A stretch of DNA of 64,000 nt from an uncultured archaeon (GCA_902384455.1 CABMCB010000079.1:618-64617), one strand, 5' to 3'; positions 27,195-37,233 are shown, numbered from the stretch's first letter. The notes: generated by a model from the letters alone, not told the origin. Numbers and translations are program-made.

Positions 27195-28723
27195 ACAAAA
27201 GCAGTCCCATAAAAAAAAGCCATAAAGGAAAAACAAAACTACCGTTTATCATACCTAAGAAAGCCGCCTTATGGGTACTCGTCGCAGTATCATGCGCTTT
27301 AATTGCCGCCTTAGTGCTGAACATCCGCGCCGGATACTACCTACCAAACCACCTTGACGAATGGCAACACCTGGGACTCGCCAGAAACCTCGTGGAAACT
27401 GGGCAACTCCTGCAAAAGAACCCGTACTACTCAGACGTACAGCAATACAACCCAGAACCAGGATTCACGATATTCACCGCCGCAACATGGGTTCTACTAA
27501 ACGACCCCCTATACTACGCCGCCATAATGCCCGCAATATTCTCGGCATGGGGCGCATTAATGGTATACATCCTCACCCGAAAAATCACAGGCTCAGCCAC
27601 AGCAGGACTATACGCGCTACTACTCTACGGAGGAATCCGCAGCAACGTCAACATACTCGGAGAATGGTTCTATACGCCGATGAATCTGGCGCTGCCGCTA
27701 ACGTACGCGACGCTCCTGCTGATGATCCGCGCGCTATACGACGACGACAAAAAAGCGTATGTTTCCGCCGCCATCACCGCAGCAGCAGTCGTGCTAATAC
27801 ACCCGCCGTCCGCACTAGCAATACTAGCGTCATTCGCATTGGCGATTGCAGCAGAACCCTCAAAAATAAAATCGCGCAAAATGGCCGCAATAATCCTTCT
27901 GCCGGCGGCAATAGGACTGGTACTTCTGGTCTTTTACGCTGAAATGAAAGGCGGAGGAATAAACTTCATACTAAACGCATTCCAATTCAGCGCCGAATGG
28001 GGAACAATCAACTTCCCCCACAACCCGTTCACATTCTACGGCATAGGGATGTCGATGCTTGCCGCATTAGGCGCAATAATCCTGCTTAAGAAAAAAACAA
28101 TCCTGCCCGTATTATTCGCAGCCTTCCCCATAGCAGTCTCATACGTCTACATCGACGCCAACATCGCCTTCTTCATACCCTTCCAAAGAGCAATATACCT
28201 TTCGGCTGTAGGGCTCGTGCCTCTCACTGCTGTGGGATTGGACGCCCTAATAAAGGCGGCGTCCGACTTCGTAGGCCGCGCCCTTACCGGCGGAAAGCCC
28301 TCTTTGACGCAGAAGATGCTGCCTCTGCTTGCGGTCGTAATTGTGCTGTATGTTTCATTCGACGGCTACTACAACGTCCCCAAAGAATTCTCAGTTTACC
28401 TGTCTGCGAACCCATACGACGTAGACGCATTGCGCGCACTAGACGGAGCAGCCAAGCAAAAAGTCGTGTTAACAGACCCGTGGAGTTCAGCGGCTGTTTA
28501 TCCCATAACTGGAGGGTACGTGGTGGCGATGAGGACTGGAAAGCTTTGGGGAAGAAACTACACGGCGACAAGCAATTTCTACAATAACCATGACTGCCAG
28601 TACCAGACGAATTTCATGAGAACCTACGACGTATCGTACCTAATCAGCAAGCAGGCGAACACGTGCGGGTTCAAGGAGATATACAGTAACCGCGGTAACC
28701 ACGTCTACGAGGTGAAAAGATGA
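27191..28723 (+). CDS. Polytopic GT-C-fold membrane glycosyltransferase (ArnT/PMT-like)
   Basis: More than 10 TM helices, an acidic DE motif in the first loop (HLDEWQH) and a C-terminal soluble domain. The ATG at 27191 overlaps the acyP stop (ATGA). Confidence 0.55.
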   Translation: MNKSSPIKKSHKGKTKLPFIIPKKAALWVLVAVSCALIAALVLNIRAGYYLPNHLDEWQHLGLARNLVETGQLLQKNPYYSDVQQYNPEPGFTIFTAATWVLLNDPLYYAAIMPAIFSAWGALMVYILTRKITGSATAGLYALLLYGGIRSNVNILGEWFYTPMNLALPLTYATLLLMIRALYDDDKKAYVSAAITAAAVVLIHPPSALAILASFALAIAAEPSKIKSRKMAAIILLPAAIGLVLLVFYAEMKGGGINFILNAFQFSAEWGTINFPHNPFTFYGIGMSMLAALGAIILLKKKTILPVLFAAFPIAVSYVYIDANIAFFIPFQRAIYLSAVGLVPLTAVGLDALIKAASDFVGRALTGGKPSLTQKMLPLLAVVIVLYVSFDGYYNVPKEFSVYLSANPYDVDALRALDGAAKQKVVLTDPWSSAAVYPITGGYVVAMRTGKLWGRNYTATSNFYNNHDCQYQTNFMRTYDVSYLISKQANTCGFKEIYSNRGNHVYEVKR

Positions 28724-29031
28724 GCATAATCCCCTCAATTACCGCCTTCATAGTTTTCCTGCTGCCTGGACTCGCTCTCACCCGGATTCTGCAGCCGAGC
28801 GCAACAAAAACTGAGAAAGCCGCATACACAGCCTCATTCGGAGTATCCTGCATAGTGATTTTAGGGCTCATTTTGGCGTTGCCGCCTCTTGCGCCCCTAA
28901 CCGGAGGATTCTCATATAAAACACTCATCATATCATCCCTCATCCTCACCCTACTTCTGCATCTAACCAAGATTCGCTTGGATAAGGCCGCCTCAAAGAA
29001 CGAAGACGCGCGTAAAGGGAAAAAGCGATGA
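28720..29031 (+). CDS. Small 3-TM membrane protein, unknown function
   Basis: Hydrophobic 103-aa ORF coupled by ATGA overlaps to both neighbouring glycosyltransferase genes. Confidence 0.5.
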   Translation: MSIIPSITAFIVFLLPGLALTRILQPSATKTEKAAYTASFGVSCIVILGLILALPPLAPLTGGFSYKTLIISSLILTLLLHLTKIRLDKAASKNEDARKGKKR

Positions 29032-29906
29032 CGCCCAAAGTTTCAGTGGTGATGGCTGTTAGAAACGAAGAGCGCTACATTCGCCAGGCCATTGAAAGCA
29101 TCCTAAACCAGACTCACGCCGACTTAGAGCTCATAATCGTAGACGACGCAAGCACCGACGCAACCCCCCAAGTCATAGATGAGTACGCAAAAAAAGATTC
29201 GCGGGTGCGCGTCATAACGCTAAAAAAACCGGCAGGAGTATGCGCGGCAACAAACACTGCGATCAAAGCCGCATTGGGCGAGTATGTTGCTGTCATGGAC
29301 GGAAACGACATAGCGATGGCCGGCAGAATCGAAGAAGAAGCCGGTTTCCTTGCCGAACACCCGCAGATAAGCTGCGTCTCAAGCCCAGTGATTCTCTTGG
29401 ATGAAGAAGGAAACGAAGTGGGAGAAAGAAAAGACATAACTCCCGGACCAATAGAAAAACTGCCAAAAAACCACAACCCCATAGTCAACTCCACCGCAAT
29501 ATTTCGGAAAAAAGACTTTCTCGCTGCCGGAGGATACCCAGACACCCAATACGCAGGAGACAGAATACTGTGGGAAAAAATGCTGAAACAAAAAATGAAA
29601 ATCCAAATACTCCCAAAGCCACTACTCAAATATCGCCTACACACCCAAGGCCTAACAAACGCGATGTACGCCGGAGAAGGCCCTCAAACGCGCAGGCAAT
29701 ACCTTTGGACCCTATCCTCCTACCTGCTTCAGAACAAGAAGAATAAAGAAGCAAAAACCAATCTAACAAAGCTCATAAAAGAAGAACCTACGCGGCCGAA
29801 ATACTGGCTCTACCTGCTGTTGTCTCTTATGCCAACAGTTGCCTCGGAAAAAGCAGTCAACCTCCTGCTACCAAAAATAAAGAAAATCATCCGCGTCCGT
29901 CAATAA
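29028..29906 (+). CDS. Glycosyltransferase family 2
   Basis: VSVVMAVRNEERYI, IIVDDASTD and the DGND (DxD-like) motif. Confidence 0.8.
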   Translation: MTPKVSVVMAVRNEERYIRQAIESILNQTHADLELIIVDDASTDATPQVIDEYAKKDSRVRVITLKKPAGVCAATNTAIKAALGEYVAVMDGNDIAMAGRIEEEAGFLAEHPQISCVSSPVILLDEEGNEVGERKDITPGPIEKLPKNHNPIVNSTAIFRKKDFLAAGGYPDTQYAGDRILWEKMLKQKMKIQILPKPLLKYRLHTQGLTNAMYAGEGPQTRRQYLWTLSSYLLQNKKNKEAKTNLTKLIKEEPTRPKYWLYLLLSLMPTVASEKAVNLLLPKIKKIIRVRQ

Positions 29907-32149
29907 CTCTCAAGAACAAGTTTTTTACTCAAATCAAGGCCGTCAACGTGCACGTGGCTGACAAGTATAAGCTGGCCGTTTTCGGCCACACGGCTTAGTG
30001 CGCAACCCAGTATTTCACGGTGTTCTACGTCAAGGCTTCCGAAAGGTTCGTCGAGTATCAGAAGTCGCGCGGGAGAAAGCATGTCCACCAACGCTATTCT
30101 CAACGCGAGGGCAAGCTGCACCTTCTCTCCTCCTGAAAGCTGGTGCGCGGAAAGAAGCCCGCCTGGCGTCTTAAGGTTAATCTCGTAGTCTTCGCTGAAA
30201 AAAACGTCCTGATACCGGGGATTCTCGTTGAACTCCCCAAAGTACCTTGAAAGAAGATAATTAAGCCGCCCCATAAACTGCGTCCTAAGGAAACGAGGAA
30301 GACCCTTGTCGCTGTGATAAACCTCGCGCGCCCGCCTGAAAAGAGAAATCCTCTTCTCCAAACCCGCAAGAGAACCCACCACACCCCTAAACTCCGCAAT
30401 CTTTTCGCGCGCCCTATCAGCCTCCTTCCTCAAAGACAACTCACGCTCCTTAAAGCCTGCCACATCAGACTCAACAGAATACTTCAACTCAAGCAACTCC
30501 TCCCTACGACGCCGAGCCGCCAAAACATCATCGGGATTAAAAACAGACGACGCAACAGCAGCCTCAAGAGAAGCAGCCTCAGACGACGCTGCCAAAGACT
30601 CAGCTTCGGCCTTTGTAAGCTCCTTCCTCAAAGAAGTTTCAGCCGCCAAATCATTTGACAAAGCATTCAAGTTCCCCTTTATCACATGCAGCTTTCTAAC
30701 GCCGGCCTTAATCTCATCAACGCTTTGGCCGTCGTAGCCGGACTCAACCAGGGCTTCTTCTGCGCGCTTGGATTCGGCGTCAATCTCATTCAGCAATGAT
30801 TCAGCGCAGGAAATCTCCCTGCGAACCTCATCCAAAGCTCCCCTCTTGCGGGTAAGCAGATTCGCCTGCGATTCCGCATCGCTCCTCATTAATATAGCAC
30901 TCTTGAGGCGCCCTGAAACCTCATTAAGCACCGCCTCAAAAGACGAAATCTCCCCCTTAACCTTCTTTTCCTCATCCAAAAGATGGCCTTCAGACAAAGG
31001 CTGCCCGCAAGTAGGACACTTAGCTACACCCTCAATTCCCCTAAGCGCCAAAAGCCGCTTTTTGGCCCCCTCCAAAGCAGCCTTAACATCAGCTTCCCTC
31101 GAAACAGCCGACTTAACCTCATCGTCCAATTCCCTAAACCTAACCTCAAAGCCAGCCAAAGACGCAACCTCACCCCCCAACACAGCCGCCTTCTTCCTTA
31201 TCCCCTCCAAATCGACGTTGCCTCGGCGCTCATCAAGAGAACGCTTACCCTCAATAAGCTTAAGCAAATGCTCAACCTTGTCAAGAGAATCGGCTTCGGA
31301 CTTAAGACGCTCAAACTCATTCCGCTTAACCGCCATCTCAGAAATACGTCTTTTGCACGCGGACACCTCAGAATCAGCCTTCTGCTTTTTCTCCCGGGCC
31401 GCAGAAAGACGCTCCCTAAGAACAGAAACCCTCCTCTCCTCCGACTCCAGACGCCTCAATTTAACGTCCGCTTCGGCAAAACGCTCCTTCACTCCAACAA
31501 GATCAGCCTCCAAAGCAGTGCGTTTAACCGCGGCCTCGCTGATTTCAGAAGACATCTTGGATAATTCCCCTGTTAACGCCTCCTCAAAATCGGCTGGGTA
31601 AGTGTTCTTCCTTGCCTGGAGGGAATTCAACTCCCCCTCCATCAGCTTAATGTCTTCGCCTACTGCCGCGTAAACCCCATCAAGCTTATCCAAGCCAAAA
31701 AGGGAGTCCAAAGATTGCCTGCCGCCCTTCCTGGAAAGGTCTTCCACAAGCCGGGTGAAACTGTCCTGCTGAACATAAAGAAGCTTCTCGAATACGCCCG
31801 CATCAACAATGGAATTCAGGCGGGAACGGACACTTGTAACGTTGTCTGCTACCACGACGCCATCCTTAAGAAGAACCGCAGTCGAAGCCTTCTCAACATG
31901 CAACGTCTTCTCAACCTCATACTCTGCGCCATGAGCCGAAAAAGACAACCTGACCGTAGCACTACGCTCCCCATGGCGAATCAACTCTTTAAAGCCCCTG
32001 CCTGAATCAGTGAAAACAAAACGAACCGCCTCAAGAACACTGCTTTTGCCAGTCCCATTACGCCCCTCAATCTGAAGCCCACCAGACAAATCCACCGAAA
32101 GCTCACGATGAACAACCCAATTCGAAAGAAAAAGTGTATTCAACCGCAT
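29900..32149 (-). CDS. rad50: Rad50-type SMC-like ATPase with zinc hook
   Basis: Walker A GRNGTGKSS, a long coiled coil, the CPTCGQP hook at mid-length, the signature LSGGEKVQLALAL and Walker B LLILDEPF. Confidence 0.75.
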   Translation of the reverse strand: MRLNTLFLSNWVVHRELSVDLSGGLQIEGRNGTGKSSVLEAVRFVFTDSGRGFKELIRHGERSATVRLSFSAHGAEYEVEKTLHVEKASTAVLLKDGVVVADNVTSVRSRLNSIVDAGVFEKLLYVQQDSFTRLVEDLSRKGGRQSLDSLFGLDKLDGVYAAVGEDIKLMEGELNSLQARKNTYPADFEEALTGELSKMSSEISEAAVKRTALEADLVGVKERFAEADVKLRRLESEERRVSVLRERLSAAREKKQKADSEVSACKRRISEMAVKRNEFERLKSEADSLDKVEHLLKLIEGKRSLDERRGNVDLEGIRKKAAVLGGEVASLAGFEVRFRELDDEVKSAVSREADVKAALEGAKKRLLALRGIEGVAKCPTCGQPLSEGHLLDEEKKVKGEISSFEAVLNEVSGRLKSAILMRSDAESQANLLTRKRGALDEVRREISCAESLLNEIDAESKRAEEALVESGYDGQSVDEIKAGVRKLHVIKGNLNALSNDLAAETSLRKELTKAEAESLAASSEAASLEAAVASSVFNPDDVLAARRRREELLELKYSVESDVAGFKERELSLRKEADRAREKIAEFRGVVGSLAGLEKRISLFRRAREVYHSDKGLPRFLRTQFMGRLNYLLSRYFGEFNENPRYQDVFFSEDYEINLKTPGGLLSAHQLSGGEKVQLALALRIALVDMLSPARLLILDEPFGSLDVEHREILGCALSRVAENGQLILVSHVHVDGLDLSKKLVLESY

Positions 32150-32229
32150 ACGGACAACAAAAGGAAGTACGCCCTTATATGCGGGAAAAACAAGGCGCCA
32201 AAACGGCGCCTCAAAACCAAAAGCTGAAA

Positions 32230-32766
32230 TCAGAATTTCTCCACGTACTTATCAAACTTATCCAATTTATCATCCTTCCCGAAAATGTCGTCAGGCTCCT
32301 CAAAAGCCGCAGACAAATCCTCCTCGTCCTCATCCAAACCGCCCTTACCCTTCTTCTTTTTCCTCAAAGGAGGCCGCTTAGCCAAAACAGGACCCTTCTT
32401 CTTAACGCCAACAACAGCCGGCTCACCGACAACAACCTCCTCCTTAGGCAAAGCAGCAGAAACAGAAGGCACACCACCGGCAACAACCTCCATACGACCC
32501 CTGCGGCCGCTTGCAACCTGAAGCTCCCCACGATACTCCTTGCACCAACCGTCAGTCACCTTTATCGTCTGACCTTTGGAGAAGCGGTCGGTTTCTTCGT
32601 TCCACAAAGACAACGTGACTTCACGTCCCTCGCTGTCTTGGGCTTTTATGTTCAAAACTTTGCCGGAACCCCGGTCATTCTGGAATTCATGCACCCGCCC
32701 ATCCCCAACAATCGTCAATACGAGTTCGTCTATGGGCATGTTCGCCTTAAGGTCGCGTACCAACAT
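32230..32766 (-). CDS. Single-OB-fold ssDNA-binding protein with basic/acidic C-terminal tail
   Basis: The OB-fold pattern (GKVLNIKAQDSEGREVTLSLWNEE...TIKVTDGWCKEYRGELQV) is followed by a flexible tail ending DEDEEDLSAAFEEPDDIF. Confidence 0.6.
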   Translation of the reverse strand: MLVRDLKANMPIDELVLTIVGDGRVHEFQNDRGSGKVLNIKAQDSEGREVTLSLWNEETDRFSKGQTIKVTDGWCKEYRGELQVASGRRGRMEVVAGGVPSVSAALPKEEVVVGEPAVVGVKKKGPVLAKRPPLRKKKKGKGGLDEDEEDLSAAFEEPDDIFGKDDKLDKFDKYVEKF

Positions 32767-32918
32767 TTTATCACCGTTTGTGTTTGTTTACAAAATAATT
32801 TGATTCTATGCAACAGGAAAACGATATTTAAATTAGGAATAGCTTAAGTGAAATTTTCTTATACCCACGTTTTCTGTACTATACTGGGAAATTCCCCTAT
32901 AAAACCTTAACGTACCCC

Positions 32919-34238
32919 TCAACCCTTCCCTCCACCACGCAGCCGAAGAACCATAACGGCAACAATCAAAAACAACCCACAAACAAAAACGAGCCCGACG
33001 ACCAAATAAAACAGGCGGCCATTCCCAGCAACTTCATCAGGCGCGTTGGCTGCGGCAGTTAAATTGCCGCCAGACGAAACGTTAGCCGCCTTATCGACCG
33101 CGCCAGAAGTAACTGCGCTGCCGTTCACATTCAAAATGACGTCCCTGCTTCTGGTGCCTGCGCCACCATAAAAAACCCTGCCCCTGACAATATAACGCCC
33201 AACGCTTTCCGGCGAAAAATAACTCACTAAAACAGCAGTTTCCCCGCCAGACACGTTCAGAACTCCGCTCTCAACCTTTCCGGCAGGAACCCTGGAACCA
33301 TCCTGCTCATTGATAAGATAAGCATCCCCCCTAAACACGGCGCCTTCAATCGGCAAAACACCGTTATTCCTAAAAAAAGCGGCAAGCCGAACCCTATCGC
33401 CTACACTGCTCCAAATCCTATCCGAACGAACCTCATTAAGCTCGCCCTTCAAGGAAAAAGCGCCGACGTCCAGCACATCAAAAAAAATCTCCTGCATCTG
33501 CCCACCATCAGCAGAAACATCCGCCCTATACTTGCCAACCGAAAGATCGCCGGAAGGAATACTAACAATGATACGCTCCGTTCTGCTAGCCTTAACCTCC
33601 GTATTCCCATACGACCTAACGCTTACCGCATCTTTCCCCAACTCATCAAAAACAACGACATCAACCTGAGGCGTAACAGGCACATTGCCAGTATTCAAAA
33701 CAGGCACCACAAACTCAACAAGAGAACCAGATTCAACATCCCTAACCGAAACTAAGCCCAGACTATAACTCCTGACGACATCGCCAACAACCTCCACCAC
33801 CACGCTAAGAACAACACCCGCCCCCACCGTTATGTCACCCTCCACCCTATTAACCGGCCTACCCTGCAAAAGAATAGTGCCGCTATAGTTGCCAACAGAC
33901 ACATTATCCGGCAGCCTAACCACCACATTCAAATCCGTCCTCCCCCCAGGCCCCAACAAAAACGAACCGTCAACACCAACACCCTCAATAACAAGCCAGT
34001 CTTTCACTGCCCCATCAACATGAGACGAAACATTCAACCACTCAGCCCCCGCCGTAGAAACAGTAACAACACCCTCAGAATACCCGCCGCCAACCATCCG
34101 CAAAAAACCCACAGTAGAAGGCCCCGCACCCAAACTAGTCTCAGAAGCCCCTACTCCGCAGCTAACCGCGGAAAAAACAAAAACGACAAAGCATAACCTA
34201 ACAGCCACCCCCTTAAAACCGAAACCAAAATCAACCAT
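32919..34238 (-). CDS. Membrane-anchored surface beta-sandwich protein, family M (paralogue of 56812-58011 and 58041-59267)
   Basis: Signal peptide, N-terminal SLGAGPSTVGF...GGGYSEGVVTVSTAG motif, shared VGKY..DV.AD.GQ.QE.FF.VL and LPIEGA.F.G.AYL...GRY..RG.V.YGG blocks, and a C-terminal TM helix with a basic tail. Confidence 0.8.
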   Translation of the reverse strand: MVDFGFGFKGVAVRLCFVVFVFSAVSCGVGASETSLGAGPSTVGFLRMVGGGYSEGVVTVSTAGAEWLNVSSHVDGAVKDWLVIEGVGVDGSFLLGPGGRTDLNVVVRLPDNVSVGNYSGTILLQGRPVNRVEGDITVGAGVVLSVVVEVVGDVVRSYSLGLVSVRDVESGSLVEFVVPVLNTGNVPVTPQVDVVVFDELGKDAVSVRSYGNTEVKASRTERIIVSIPSGDLSVGKYRADVSADGGQMQEIFFDVLDVGAFSLKGELNEVRSDRIWSSVGDRVRLAAFFRNNGVLPIEGAVFRGDAYLINEQDGSRVPAGKVESGVLNVSGGETAVLVSYFSPESVGRYIVRGRVFYGGAGTRSRDVILNVNGSAVTSGAVDKAANVSSGGNLTAAANAPDEVAGNGRLFYLVVGLVFVCGLFLIVAVMVLRLRGGGKG

Positions 34239-34256
34239 AACTACACCTGAATATAA

Positions 34257-35180
34257 TCATCTTTGCAGCGCATTAAAGAAGATGCTGGTCCAACAACTCC
34301 CGCGAATGCCCTCCGGCACATGCACACCCCAAAAAGTCCACAACATATCCCCACCCTCCAACGGCTGCTCCCTATCAAAAACAGTCGCATTAGCAAGCTC
34401 ATCACACCACGAAAGAGTACCCTCACCAAGAACACAACCACCCGGAAACTGCGAATCAGCCACAACACTAAAACTAATGTTACCAACAGAAATATTGCGC
34501 GGCCCATTACAAGACATCATAGCCGGCGAAGTAATCGTAATGAAAATGTCTGCATTACCACCATTAAAAGTGACAGCAGAAGCATTAAGAAAACCCGGCC
34601 TCCACTGAGTCCCGCTTTCGCCCACCTTCATTGCGCCAAAACTTATGTCACTACTCTGGTCTATGGCCACAAGAGGATTAATTGTGACAACGCCCAAATC
34701 GATCGCCTCCGCATCAAAAGAATCCTTAGCGTAAACCTTCGCAGCCCACTTGCCCCAATCAGCAAAATAACGGATAGGTCCGACAGTGCAGTTGGCAAAA
34801 GCAGTAATCCCGCTGCCGCCTTCAATACGGCAGGCGCTCGCATTGCCGTACCTAACGTCCTCGTCAGCGGGGCCTTCTCCGGAATCAAGCCGGTAAAAAG
34901 TGAAGTTTACGTAAGTCACGTCCTGAAAAGAGTTCCTATCGGTGATTAACGCCTGACACGAAATCCAGTAGTCCGTGTCGGGGCTGGGCGTATAAGGAAA
35001 CCTATCGATTGATTGGCCGGAATTAACGACGCAGACGACGTCCCCTACCTGCGGCGGAACATTGCCCACCCTAACAGTAGCGTTAACCACAACCGCATCA
35101 ACGCCGGCAAAAAAAAACTCTACAACGCAGGCCACTACAATCGCCGCCAGCAAAACCGTCAAACAGCCCGTAAACCTCAT
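34257..35180 (-). CDS. Secreted Cys-rich two-domain protein, family S, copy A
   Basis: Signal peptide. Motifs NVPPQVG, YTPSPDTDYWISC, ITDRNSFQDV, RYFADWGKWAAKVYAKD, ISFGAMKVG and GIRGSCWTSIFFNALQR-end are colinear with 41094-45179. Confidence 0.8.
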   Translation of the reverse strand: MRFTGCLTVLLAAIVVACVVEFFFAGVDAVVVNATVRVGNVPPQVGDVVCVVNSGQSIDRFPYTPSPDTDYWISCQALITDRNSFQDVTYVNFTFYRLDSGEGPADEDVRYGNASACRIEGGSGITAFANCTVGPIRYFADWGKWAAKVYAKDSFDAEAIDLGVVTINPLVAIDQSSDISFGAMKVGESGTQWRPGFLNASAVTFNGGNADIFITITSPAMMSCNGPRNISVGNISFSVVADSQFPGGCVLGEGTLSWCDELANATVFDREQPLEGGDMLWTFWGVHVPEGIRGSCWTSIFFNALQR

Positions 35181-35181
35181 T

Positions 35182-36408
35182 TCATCTCACACGAAAAAAC
35201 CCCTTAAGCGTAAACCTTTCCATGACGGAATTCTTTCTCCTCTCAAATTCGACAGCGCTCCCAGCAGAATAAGGCGAAAGCAAAAAGTAAAACACAAGCG
35301 GCGGAAAAATACTCGTCAAAAGGCTCATAAGAACAACAGCCGAAAAAACGTGCGGCTGAATAACCCCAAAAGAAAGCCCGATGCTCGCCGCAATCAAAGC
35401 CACCTCGCCCCGCGGAATCATCCCAAAACCAACAATCAAACTATCCAACTTATCATGACCCGCCAGCTTGGCCGCAAAATAACAACCAAAAACCTTGCCC
35501 AAAACAGCAACCACCGTAAGAAGAATGCCAAAAACAAGGCTCTCCCTGAGGTCGGTAAAAGAAATCATGAGTCCTATGCTAAGGAAGAAGAGCGGGGCGA
35601 ACAGGTTCACGAGGGGCTCAATGTCTTTTATGAACACGTCTTTTTGCCTGTGAAATTGGGATTCGCTTATTATGATGCCCGCAAGAAAACTTCCTATAAT
35701 GGTGGATAAGCCGGCGTCTTTAGCCCATAGCGCTCCGAAAAGGGCAAGAGAAATCATGAACAGATAGAACGCCGAATCCTGAATGTTCCTCTGGAAATAC
35801 GTGCGCAAGTAATAAAGAAGGCGCGTCCCAAGAAGCAGGACTGCGACCACAAAAGCCACGTCCTTAAACGTCACCAAAGCAAGGGCGCCAAAATCGAAGA
35901 CACGCTTCTCCCCAAGCCCCTGAGCGGCAGACAACGCTATCAAACCCAAGACGTCATCCACCACCGCCGCGCCGATAATAGTCTCAGCAAACGGCTTAGA
36001 CAGCATACGCAAATCCCTAAGGATGGCGACAGTAATCCCCACGCTCGTTGCCGTAAGAATCACTCCAACAAAAAAAGATTCCGCAAAATCAAAGCCAAAC
36101 AACCTGCTAACGCAAAAACCCAAAACCAAAGGAAGAAGAATACCCATAAAACCCACAAGAAGCGGCCCCTTAGAACGGAACTTTTTGACTGAAGACTCCA
36201 ACCCCACATGAAACAACAAAAGAATAATCCCAATGTTAGCGAGAAAATCAACGATGTCCGTCCTCTCAACTACGCCCAAAAAAGCCGGCCCAACAGCAAG
36301 CCCCGCAATAATCAACCCGACCGAACTGGGAAGACGCAGGCGGTAAGACAGTTGCGTGCCCAACGCAGCGGCAAAAAAAGCAGTCACCAAGCCGAGAGAC
36401 ACTTCCAT
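35182..36408 (-). CDS. Cation:proton antiporter (CPA2/Kef-NapA type)
   Basis: About 11-12 TM helices. The N-terminus LGTQLSYRLRLPSSVGLIIAGLAVGP and the later GLE and PRGEVAL motifs are typical of Na+/H+ exchanger family proteins. Confidence 0.75.
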   Translation of the reverse strand: MEVSLGLVTAFFAAALGTQLSYRLRLPSSVGLIIAGLAVGPAFLGVVERTDIVDFLANIGIILLLFHVGLESSVKKFRSKGPLLVGFMGILLPLVLGFCVSRLFGFDFAESFFVGVILTATSVGITVAILRDLRMLSKPFAETIIGAAVVDDVLGLIALSAAQGLGEKRVFDFGALALVTFKDVAFVVAVLLLGTRLLYYLRTYFQRNIQDSAFYLFMISLALFGALWAKDAGLSTIIGSFLAGIIISESQFHRQKDVFIKDIEPLVNLFAPLFFLSIGLMISFTDLRESLVFGILLTVVAVLGKVFGCYFAAKLAGHDKLDSLIVGFGMIPRGEVALIAASIGLSFGVIQPHVFSAVVLMSLLTSIFPPLVFYFLLSPYSAGSAVEFERRKNSVMERFTLKGFFRVR

Positions 36409-36474
36409 TGATGAATGATATGACTTGTAAAATAAAACTAATCCAATAAACCAAAACGCCGAATCATCGCTGCG

Positions 36475-37233
36475 TCAAACTGAAAACGGCATAAACAAAA
36501 AATTCATCGCAAGCTTAATGTAACCCACATACGGGATTCTGAAGAACCCGCGCCCCGTGACCTGCGATTCAGTAACGGGATAAGAAATCTCAAACCTGCC
36601 GCTGCACTGGTCAGTCGCCTCGTTGTTGTCCCCCTTAGTTATGAAGAAAGAATACTCCTTGCCTGAAGGAAAACTAGGATAAACGCAGCGCTTACCCTCC
36701 CTGCAATCATCAACCTTACTTATGAACTGCGCAAAATCATCCGGCTTAAAACAATCCAACGTCCCGCCCCAACCGGCAACAACGCCATCCTTCACAGAAA
36801 CAACGCCCACAACCCTGTGAATAATAGGCTCACGACCCAAAGGAAACCCGATATGATCCAAATCCCGCTGATAAATAACAACATCCCCCAAATGCGCATC
36901 CGGACTCTTAACCACAATCATATCCCCCCGCTGAAAACCAGAAGTCAAAGGAAAACCATCCACCCCAGAAACATTACGATCCAAAAGCCACGTACGCCAA
37001 GTAAGATCACCCACATGATGCTCCATACTGCCAGAAGTAACAACAACCAAAGGAACAAGCATATCCGCCCCAAGAGCCAAACGAAGAACAACCAAAATAA
37101 CCGCAACAGTCACCATAACCTCAACAGCATCCCTAAACCACGAAATCAAAGTCCCCTTAACACCCCTACCCGAATCTACAGAAGACGACTGCGAAACAAC
37201 GCCCGACTGGGAATCTTTGCCGCTAAAGCTCAT
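36475..37233 (-). CDS. Type I signal peptidase, Sec11/SipW (S26B) type
   Basis: One TM helix, then catalytic boxes SGSME (Ser), GDMIVV, IIHRV (His) and TKGDNNEATD. It carries extra insertions, including a Cys-containing one. Confidence 0.8.
   Translation of the reverse strand: MSFSGKDSQSGVVSQSSSVDSGRGVKGTLISWFRDAVEVMVTVAVILVVLRLALGADMLVPLVVVTSGSMEHHVGDLTWRTWLLDRNVSGVDGFPLTSGFQRGDMIVVKSPDAHLGDVVIYQRDLDHIGFPLGREPIIHRVVGVVSVKDGVVAGWGGTLDCFKPDDFAQFISKVDDCREGKRCVYPSFPSGKEYSFFITKGDNNEATDQCSGRFEISYPVTESQVTGRGFFRIPYVGYIKLAMNFLFMPFSV

Noticed and set aside
30768-31601. A 277-aa ORF (and 30983-31564) antisense to rad50. Similar antisense ORFs are 6304-7197 in ppdK and 34263-34949 / 35062-35709.
   Set aside because: These are S/L/R-rich shadow ORFs opposite genes with strong motif support, and they have no independent signals.
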